Assembly (NCBI GenBank): GCA_023136205.1
Contig: JAGLRQ010000104.1
Location: 1 to 11,218 of the forward strand
DNA from: Candidatus Auribacterota bacterium
Lineage (GTDB): Bacteria; Auribacterota; UBA6266
DNA: 11,218 nucleotides
Reading direction: 5' to 3'
Shown: positions 1-7,400 of the stretch, piece by piece
How positions within the stretch are numbered: position 1 is the first letter of the stretch
Layout of the letters: each line of letters begins with the position of its first letter
Made by a program: the position numbers and the translations under genes
The notes under the pieces: model-generated
Told to the model about the DNA's origin: nothing
The model's database searches: none
The model's input: only the letters and a program-made list of their open reading frames with translations

Positions 1-84
1 CAAACATCCAGATATATAAGAATGTATGGTACTCGACGTGGTACACCATGGGGTTATTCATTATATGAATTTGGTGTAGAATAG
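1..84 (+). CDS. 3' end of an ORF cut by the window edge; C-terminus of an F5/8 type C (discoidin) domain protein
   Basis: Frame 1 is open from base 1 to the TAG at 82-84 and translates QTSRYIRMYGTRRGTPWGYSLYEFGVE*. This closely parallels the C-terminus of the 1037-4276 product (AKYMRVFGTKRGNNKWGYSLWEIEVN*), which lies in a recognisable discoidin domain. TGGGGTTATTCA is identical over 12 nt at 49-60 and 4241-4252. Confidence 0.7.
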   Translation, partial: QTSRYIRMYGTRRGTPWGYSLYEFGVE

Positions 85-195
85 TATATTAAATATAAAG
101 TAGGGATTAAAAAAGAAAAATAGTTAAGTTTTGTCACTAAATAGCTGAGGGATTTTATTATTCAGAACTTTATAAAGATTGGTGATGGTTTAGTC

Positions 196-224
196 TTGAC
201 ACAGTAAATTTTATGTGATAGATA
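196..224 (+). promoter_or_regulatory. sigma70-like promoter with extended -10, driving the cluster
   Basis: TTGACA (196-201), 17-nt spacer, TAGATA (219-224) preceded by TG at 216-217. An alternative -10 is GATAAT at 221-226 with a 19-nt spacer. It lies ~70 nt upstream of the ATG at 296. The block TCTTGACA-N7-TTTTATGTG-N-TA recurs at 11142-11168. Sequence-only prediction. Confidence 0.55.
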
Positions 225-295
225 ATACGCATGTATTTGTACCTTAGATTTAGAGTTTTTGAACATTAATACAATAAATGATGGGAGGACGTTAA

Positions 296-904
296 ATGAA
301 GGGAAAAGTGTTTTTTGCGGTGATCTTTGTTGTTTTGTTTTTTGTAGCTGGCCGAGTTGATGCGGAAGAAAATCTATTATTAAATCCAAGTTTTGAGGAA
401 GGGGAGCATATTGACTACTGGATAAATGATGGTGCTGCCACATATAATTGGGTTGCGGACTGGAATTCCCAGGAAGGAAGTTGGGGATTTGGAGTGGGAA
501 ATGATTCAGACTGGGCAAAAGACAATGTCTGGGCCGGCTGTTTTCAAGTTGTTTGTGATCCTGATGATTCCGATAATCTTTATCCGGTTAGCCCCGAGGA
601 AAATTTCACTTTTAAGATGTGGTTTAAGGGAGAAGAAAATTACAGTGGAAAAGCCGGCTTAAAGTTGGAATTCTTTGACTACGACAGAAGGCTTGGACTT
701 ACGGGGGATCCCATAGCTTCTTTTGAGAGCAAAACTTATACGGGTTCATTTGATTGGTGCCAGGAGACAGTTAGCGGTGTTGCGCCGGAAGACACAGTGA
801 GTATTGTTGTCAGTGGTGTAAGTGAGGATATGCCTATAGGCCCACAGGGAGGTTCATTTATATGGTTTGACAACGCTAGCCTTACAGCTACTTCTGCTCA
901 ATAA
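296..904 (+). CDS. small secreted stand-alone carbohydrate-binding-module-like protein (CBM4_9/CBM22-type jelly-roll pattern)
   Basis: ATG at 296 is preceded by GGGAGGA (283-289, 6-nt spacer). Signal peptide MKGKVFFAVIFVVLFFVAGRVDA|EEN. The mature ~180 aa starts NLLLNPSFEEG..W and ends FIWFDNASL, the first- and last-strand signature of CBM4_9-like modules. No catalytic domain is attached. A clear paralog lies at 8042-8662. Confidence 0.88.
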   Translation: MKGKVFFAVIFVVLFFVAGRVDAEENLLLNPSFEEGEHIDYWINDGAATYNWVADWNSQEGSWGFGVGNDSDWAKDNVWAGCFQVVCDPDDSDNLYPVSPEENFTFKMWFKGEENYSGKAGLKLEFFDYDRRLGLTGDPIASFESKTYTGSFDWCQETVSGVAPEDTVSIVVSGVSEDMPIGPQGGSFIWFDNASLTATSAQ

Positions 905-937
905 TTAATTTTGACGTATTTTTTGTGTGCTCTTCTT

Positions 938-965
938 AGCCGCAGGCTCCTTTGGGCCTGCGGCT
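938..965 (+). terminator. GC-rich stem-loop after the first gene; possible partial terminator, attenuator or RNA-stability element (non-canonical, no U-tract)
   Basis: Perfect 10-bp inverted repeat AGCCGCAGGC (938-947) / GCCTGCGGCT (956-965) with an 8-nt loop, ~35 nt after the TAA at 902-904. No T-run follows on either strand. Confidence 0.4.
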
Positions 966-977
966 GAATTCAACAGA

Positions 978-995
978 AGCAGATATAGCAGATAT
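978..995. repeat. perfect tandem 9-mer (AGCAGATAT x2, then AG of a third copy); function unknown
   Basis: AGCAGATAT at 978-986 and 987-995, in the 129-nt spacer upstream of the GH2 gene. It sits just upstream of an AT-rich -10-like stretch (TATAAAAT, 1010-1017). Confidence 0.5.
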
Positions 996-1036
996 AGGAG
1001 AATGTTTTTTATAAAATACAAGGAAGGAGTAACTTG

Positions 1037-4000
1037 ATGAATCTTGTTAGAAGAGCGCTAGGCTGCATCTTGGTATTATTTGTTTCAGCTTTTTTATTTG
1101 GCGGCTCCATGCAATTGGCAGAAGCGGCAGCAGTCAAGCGTAGATCTGAACGTAAGCTTCAAGAATCTTCCCGTATAACATGTAACCTTAGTGGAAAATG
1201 GGAAATTGAAGCTTCAAAGAATAAGCCGGAAACGTGGACTCATTCTATTGCTGTTCCTGGTTTAGTGGATATGGCTGAGCCTTCTATTAACTGGGAAGCT
1301 CAAAAATGTTTCTGGTACAAAAAAACATTTACTCTAACTCCTTCTCAAACCCGCAGCCACGCGTTTTTAAAGATAGACCAGTCCAAGTACGGCACAGAAG
1401 TATGGCTTAATGGAAAGTACCTCGGCAGTTATCTTGGCTGTTATACCTCTCATAGATACAGCGCCGCAAAAGCTATAAATTATAACGGTGAAAATATTAT
1501 TATAGTTAAGGTTGGTACTAAGGACGCGCTTCCCAAGAATGGTGCCGTGGGCCACGATTATGAAAAGAAATCTTTTATTCCAGGTATCTGGGGTGATGTT
1601 TCTTTAATTCTTAGCCAAAATCCGATCATAGAAAGAGTTCAGCTTATTCCCCATATTGATGCTGGCACGGCGGAAGCCAGGATAACGTTGAAAAATTTGG
1701 AGAAAACGGATCAAAATATTACCCTTTCTTCAAAAGTGTTTGAGAAAGCCCTGGGCTTGCCTGCTTCAGATGAAGTTAATACAAACTGCGTTTTGAAGGC
1801 AAAAGAAGAGAAGATTTTTACGGTAACCATTCCTATTCCAAAAATGCAGTTATGGTCGCCGGATAATCCTTTCCTTTACCAACTTATTACAAAAGTTAAA
1901 GCTGGTAATAAGGAAGTGGATATTGAGTCCACAACTTTTGGAATGAGAGAGTTTAAAATAGTTGGTTCGGACTTTTACCTAAATGGCAAGCGTATCTTTT
2001 TGAAAGGGAGCAATATAGCTTTTCACAGATTTTTGTCCGATCCTGACAGGAAAGGGCTTCCATGGGATGAAGACTGGATTAAAAAGATTTTGGTTGATAT
2101 TCCAAAAGCGCACAATTTCAATTTCTTCCGCAATCATTTAGGCCAGATGTACAACAAATGGTATGACATTGCGGATGAATGTGGGATGTTAGTTCAGAAT
2201 GAGTGGGCATTCTGGGTTATTACAGGAAGAGAAAAGCAAATAAGAAAAGAATTTACTCAGTGGGTTTATGATAACTGGAATCATCCCAGCATTATTATCT
2301 GGGATGCGATGAATGAACCGCATGATGACGGCGAAATAAGCCGGAATATTATCAGAGACAAAATTATACCGGAACTGAAGGAACTTGATCCCACCCGCCC
2401 CTGGGAATGCGGGTTAAATCCCGGTGTTGATTTTGAATCGTGGAAACCGAACGATTTTTCAGAAGATCATCCTTATATATTTTCTATGGGGCCGGCCTTA
2501 AATAAAAACAACTTTGGCAATTCCCGCTCCATAGAATGGATGGAGAACAGTAAAGAACCGACCATGTTAAATGAATTTGTCTGGTTCTGGTTAGGCAAAA
2601 ACGGGCAGCCCGCTTCTCTTATGGGTGATGTTCTTCCACGCTGGCTTGGAAAGAACAGCACTTCTCAACAGCGCCTTGAGTATCAGGCTTTTCTTGCTTC
2701 GGAACTTTGTGAGTTATTCAGAAGAATGGAAATAGACGGTATTGTTCCTTTTGTTTATTTAAGTATTGAGGGGGGATGTACCTCTAACTGGTTTACCGGT
2801 GACATTTCTAACCCGGGAGTAAAGCCTATTATGGCAGCTTTAAAAGATGCTTTTGCTCCTTTTGGAGTAAGTGTTGAGCTCTGGGATAGGCATTTTTTTT
2901 CAAAAGAAAAAAGAAGTATAAATGTTTATATCTTTAATGACACTTATCAAAACAAATCCGGTGTGTTGAATTGTAAGATAGTAAATGAGGATGGAACACG
3001 CGTCTTTTTTGAAAGCAATTTTGATGTAACTGTTCCACCTGTCGATAAACGTGTTGAAAATGTGATTTGGGCAATGCCTTCTGAAACAGGTAGTTACTAT
3101 CTTGAAGCAGAGCTGATAGAGGATTCAAAAGTAGTGGCAGCGAGCAGGAAGATAGCCCATGTCTCTAATCTTATTATTCCGGATAATCTGTTATCAGGCA
3201 AAATTATGGTTTATGACCCTGATAATGAGATATTAAATTATCTTACCTCCGCAGGTTTGAAGAATGTCAGTGATTACAACAGCAGTCAGTTATCCGGACA
3301 GAATATTTTAGTTTTAGGAGAAGGAGCATTACTGGATAAAAATTATAAATCCCGAATAGATGAAATTACCGGTTTTGTGAAGAATGGGCACAGTTTGATA
3401 ATAATTGAGCCAAGCTATGGTATTAATAATAATTACGAAAAGAAACAGTATCCTTTGTTATCTGATTTGGTAATAGAGATGAATAAGCGTGAGGACAAGA
3501 GCAGTGACGGCTATGATTCTTATTGTTTTGCGGAGGATATGAGTTTTTCCCTGTGGAATAATATTGATAAAGAACATTTAAAGATGTTTAACGGCGGTTG
3601 GGGTGGTGAAATGATTTCACAGTGTGATGTGAGCCTTAAGAACATCAGGACAACAACACTAGCCAAGAGCGGTATGGGGTTAAAACATCCTAACGTGATG
3701 GAAGCTTTCTGGGGGAAAGGTGTAATTGTCCTTTCGAGAATTCAGATAAGGGGCAGGCTTACTGAAGAGTCAGACCCGGCCGTAGATTTGTATTCAAGGA
3801 GAGTAGATGTTATAGCTCAGCAGTATCTTCTGAACTTACTTTCTACATATTTGGATACAGCCAATAATTTTGATCGAATGAAGGAGAAAGTCCCCTTTTA
3901 TATAAAAGGTGCGGATGTTTCTTCAATTCAGGAGAATAATTCACAGTATGCGCCTGAAAAAGCAATTGATGGCGATATGAGTACTCGCTGGAGCAGCCGG

Positions 4001-4276
4001 CAGAAAGATCCTCAATGGATTGTCCTTGATTTTGGCGAAGCCATGAGTTTTAGTAAGATTATTTTGCATTGGGAAGCGGCTTATGGCAAGCAATATGAAA
4101 TCCAGATATCAGATGACGCAAAAAACTGGAAAACTATTCATACAGAATCAAATAGCGATGGAAAGTCCGATGTTATCAAGGTTAAGCCGCAGAAGGCTAA
4201 ATATATGAGGGTTTTTGGCACTAAGAGGGGTAATAATAAGTGGGGTTATTCACTATGGGAGATTGAAGTGAACTAA
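1037..4276 (+). CDS. secreted glycoside hydrolase family 2 protein with C-terminal F5/8 type C (discoidin) domain
   Basis: AAGGAG at 1024-1029 lies 7 nt before ATG 1037 and only 4 nt before the TTG at 1034 used by the ORF track, so ATG 1037 is preferred. Signal peptide ends ..MQLAEA|AAVK. GH2 hallmarks: the N-terminal sugar-binding-domain pattern (..WYKKTFTL.., GTEVWLNGKYLG, GIWGDVSL), LWSPDNPFLYQL, and the TIM-barrel acid/base motif NHPSIIIWDAMNEP (Glu codon 2315-2317). A candidate nucleophile Glu lies 86 residues later in TMLNEFVW (2573-2575). The C-terminal discoidin domain is at ~3907-4273 (AIDGDMSTRWSS..DPQWIVLDFG..WGYSLWEIEV). Confidence 0.92.
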   Translation: MNLVRRALGCILVLFVSAFLFGGSMQLAEAAAVKRRSERKLQESSRITCNLSGKWEIEASKNKPETWTHSIAVPGLVDMAEPSINWEAQKCFWYKKTFTLTPSQTRSHAFLKIDQSKYGTEVWLNGKYLGSYLGCYTSHRYSAAKAINYNGENIIIVKVGTKDALPKNGAVGHDYEKKSFIPGIWGDVSLILSQNPIIERVQLIPHIDAGTAEARITLKNLEKTDQNITLSSKVFEKALGLPASDEVNTNCVLKAKEEKIFTVTIPIPKMQLWSPDNPFLYQLITKVKAGNKEVDIESTTFGMREFKIVGSDFYLNGKRIFLKGSNIAFHRFLSDPDRKGLPWDEDWIKKILVDIPKAHNFNFFRNHLGQMYNKWYDIADECGMLVQNEWAFWVITGREKQIRKEFTQWVYDNWNHPSIIIWDAMNEPHDDGEISRNIIRDKIIPELKELDPTRPWECGLNPGVDFESWKPNDFSEDHPYIFSMGPALNKNNFGNSRSIEWMENSKEPTMLNEFVWFWLGKNGQPASLMGDVLPRWLGKNSTSQQRLEYQAFLASELCELFRRMEIDGIVPFVYLSIEGGCTSNWFTGDISNPGVKPIMAALKDAFAPFGVSVELWDRHFFSKEKRSINVYIFNDTYQNKSGVLNCKIVNEDGTRVFFESNFDVTVPPVDKRVENVIWAMPSETGSYYLEAELIEDSKVVAASRKIAHVSNLIIPDNLLSGKIMVYDPDNEILNYLTSAGLKNVSDYNSSQLSGQNILVLGEGALLDKNYKSRIDEITGFVKNGHSLIIIEPSYGINNNYEKKQYPLLSDLVIEMNKREDKSSDGYDSYCFAEDMSFSLWNNIDKEHLKMFNGGWGGEMISQCDVSLKNIRTTTLAKSGMGLKHPNVMEAFWGKGVIVLSRIQIRGRLTEESDPAVDLYSRRVDVIAQQYLLNLLSTYLDTANNFDRMKEKVPFYIKGADVSSIQENNSQYAPEKAIDGDMSTRWSSRQKDPQWIVLDFGEAMSFSKIILHWEAAYGKQYEIQISDDAKNWKTIHTESNSDGKSDVIKVKPQKAKYMRVFGTKRGNNKWGYSLWEIEVN

Positions 4277-4346
4277 TAAAAAAAGGTGAAAAAACCCGGC
4301 ACCAAATACCTGAAACCCAAAACTAAATATATTCACGAGATGGTGC

Positions 4347-4378
4347 GGAGGGCATGCGCAGCCTCCCTTGAGGGGGGC
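4347..4378 (+). promoter_or_regulatory. GC-rich structured intergenic element with two mutually exclusive hairpins; function unknown
   Basis: Hairpin A pairs GGAGG (4347-4351) with CCTCC (4362-4366), plus C4353-G4361 after a 1-nt bulge. Hairpin B pairs GCCUCCC (4361-4367) with GGGGGGC (4372-4378): 7 bp including one G-U, with loop UUGA. The two share 4361-4366. This is a sharp GC island in an otherwise AT-rich 134-nt spacer. No U-tract follows. Confidence 0.35.
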
Positions 4379-4410
4379 CGGATACTACTATATAGCCATG
4401 AGCTAAAACA

Positions 4411-7400
4411 ATGAAGGATGAGCTTTTAATGAAAATTTCAAGAAAAACAATTAGGACTATTTTAATATTTGCTTTTGCACTTCTTTTTTTCTGTAATATT
4501 AATGCAAACGCAGAAAATAATTCCAGGAAGATTCTTGATGATTTTAATAAGATAAATGAATGGAAAATGTTCCAATCGGAAGGAGTAGAATTTGATTTAG
4601 TTCCCGGCAAGGGTTTTACGGGAAATTGCATGCGTTTAGATTTTGATTTTACTAAGCGCAAAGGCTATGTTGTTGTTTCTAAAGAAGTTAATATTCCATT
4701 GCCTGAGGATTACAAATTTATTTTTTATATTAAAGGTGATTCACAGGACAATAACCTTGAGTTTAAGTTAATGGATGATAAAGGGGATACTTACTGGCAA
4801 AAATGGGAAAATTTTAAATTTACCGGTGAATGGAAGAAGATAGTTTTAAGCAAGAGGAATGTTGCTTTTGGATGGGGCCCTGGCGGTGGCGCGGGATTAG
4901 AAGAAATTAGAAAAATTGAATTTGCCATATCATGCGGAGAGGGCGGGAAAGGAACAGTATGTATTGATGAATTGTCTTTTATCGGTTTTAAAAAGGCAGT
5001 CTCGGATATCAAAATGGAAACTAAATCGTCTTCCTTTAAAAACAATAAATGTAAGCCAAAAAACGCGGTAGATGGAAACCTGGAAACTTTATGGGAAAGC
5101 AAGCCTTCCGATCCCCAGTGGCTTGATCTTGATTTAGGTGAAGTAAGAAAATTAACAGGTGTAGTGTTGTACTGGGGGAAATCGTACGCGAAAGCTTATG
5201 AGCTTTTAGTTTCAGAAGACGGTAAAAATTGGGACTCAATTTATGCCACTGTGAGTTCTGACGGCGTAGTAGATGATATTTATTTTAATAGCACAACCGC
5301 CAGGTTTCTAAAAATATTAGGGAGAAAGAGAACTCTTCGCTATGGATATAGTTTACGTGAAGTATTGGTTAGAACCGATGCTGGGGGAATTTTTGCGGAG
5401 GCCTCATCTTCCAAAAGGTCCAAAAAGGCACAGAAGGCTTTAGACGGCAGGATAAATACTAACTGGCATAGCAGGGCAAAAAACAGGCAGTGGTTTAAAA
5501 TTGATTTTCGTGAGCAAAAGGAAATTGGGGGGTTGTTTATTCATTGGCATAAAGATTATGCCGAATCCTATGATATATCTGTTTCAGATGATGGGAAAGA
5601 GTGGTTTACTATTTATACTACGGGTAAAGGAAATGGCGGAAAAGATAAGATATTTTTTGAAGAGACACAAACTCAGTTTCTTAAAATTGAGCTGAAAGAA
5701 AGCGCTACAAAAAAAGGCTTCGGCATAAAAGAAATTGAAGTCAAAGCGCCGGCAGAAGATAATGCCTTAGAAAAAAAATATGAGATAGCCGCGCAAGAAT
5801 CTCCGCCGGGATATTATCCCCGGTGGTTGACCAAAGAACAAGCCTACTGGACAATAGTTGGTGTTTCTGACGATGATAAGGAAGCCCTTTTGTGTGAAGA
5901 CGGAACTATAGAGCCTCATAAGAAGGGTTTTAGCATTATGCCGTTTTTATATTTGGACGGGAAGCTTGTTACCAGGGAAGATGCCAGAGTAACCCAGTCT
6001 CTTGAAAAAGGTTATCTTCCTATTCCATCTGTAGAGTGGGACTATAAAAATGTCATTATGGATGTGAAGCTGTTTGCTTATGGTAAACCGGAAGAGTCAA
6101 TTGTATATGCACGCTATAGAATTAGAAATAATCGGGAAGAAGAAATCAGCGGCAAACTGTTTTTAACTATCCGTCCGTTTCAGGTATACCCGCCCTGGCA
6201 ATATATTGGCGGATTTTCTCCTATTTATAACATTCGGTATAAAAACCATGTTATTGAAATTAACGATAAATATAAGATTTTTCCTTTAGTAAAACCGGAA
6301 GGATTTGGGGTACAGCCGGGGTTAGTTCATGTTGATGACCTTCCTGAGGGAGATATTGTTAATATAATACAAAATGGTGAATTGCCGCCTAAAAAGGATT
6401 TGTTAAATAATGCCAACTGGGATTCTTCTGATTGGGATGCCTCAGCCGCCATAGAGTATAAGGTTGACTTGAAACCCAAAGCTTTTATGGAATTTTTTGT
6501 AGCTATTCCGCTCCATGATAAAGAGCCGGATTTGAAAGCAAAGAAAAGAGCAGGCAAGGTGAGAGCAAAGTTTAAGAGAATGCTTAAGGAAACTATCGCT
6601 TTCTGGGAGGCCGAAGTAAACAGGGTTGAAATAGATATTCCCGAGGTTGATATAATAAATACTTTTAAATCTAACATTGCCTATAACCTGATAACCAGAG
6701 ACAGTTTTGGCTTCCAGCCGGGTTCAAGGAATTATGATAAATCCTGGATACGGGATGGCGGGATTGTTGGATCCATTCTGTTAAAGCTGGGGTTTACCGA
6801 CGAAATGAAGAAGTTTATTGATTGGTATACCTCTTATCAATATGAAACAGGGGAGATTCCTCCGATAGTACGGCCGGTGGAAGGCCCTGAGCCGGTGGAT
6901 GAATATGATAGCCAGGGAGAGTTTGTCTTCACTATTTTGCAATATTATCTTTTTAGTAAAGATAAGGAGTGGCTGAAGGGCAAACTGCCAAATGTTATTA
7001 AAGCGTTGGAATATCTGGTTTATTTAAGGAACCAAAGGCTTACTCCTGAATATAAACAGGTACCCGCGAAGAAAGTATTTTATGGTATACTGCCGGATTC
7101 TATCAGCCATGAGGGGTATGTTCCGCCTGTCCATTCTTATTGGGATAATTTCTGGGCATTAGAGGGTTGGAAAGCAGGGAAAGAGATTGCAAAGATATTA
7201 GATAGAGATGATTTATCCAGATGGGCCGAAGGTGAATATCAAGCTCTTAAAAAATCTTTTTATGAGTCGCTAAAACTGGCAATGGAACAGAAAAAAATTA
7301 ATTATATTCCCGGGTGTGTTGAAAAGGGTGACCATGATGCCACAGCTACAGCTATTGCCGTAATATATTGTGAGGAGTTAGAAAATTTGCCCCAGCCTCA

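Noticed and set aside
162-518. 118-aa minus-strand ORF spanning the promoter region and the 5' end of the first small gene
   Set aside because: It is antisense to a well-supported CDS with an RBS and signal peptide, and it runs through the predicted promoter. Its sequence is low-complexity and rich in Pro, Gln and His. There is no RBS. It looks like a typical shadow ORF.
426-662. 78-aa + strand ORF in an alternative frame inside 296-904
   Set aside because: It is fully nested in another frame of a CDS that has a conserved paralog. It has no RBS and no recognisable motif.
1367-3128. Three short minus-strand ORFs (1367-1555, 2473-2661, 2934-3128) inside the GH2 gene
   Set aside because: All are antisense to a 1080-codon ORF with clear GH2 motifs. 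They are about 62-64 aa each, which is expected by chance in AT-rich DNA.
4323-4661. 112-aa minus-strand ORF covering the GC-rich spacer and the start of the 1198-aa gene
   Set aside because: It is antisense to the signal-peptide-coding region. Its hydrophobic stretch is just the complement of that region. There is no RBS, and it would end inside the intergenic hairpins.
4791-6677. Nested ORFs 4791-5102(-), 5036-5239(-), 5501-5695(+) and 6327-6677(-) within the 1198-aa gene
   Set aside because: They are shadow or alternative-frame ORFs inside a long CDS whose reading frame is supported by domain motifs and by a paralog.
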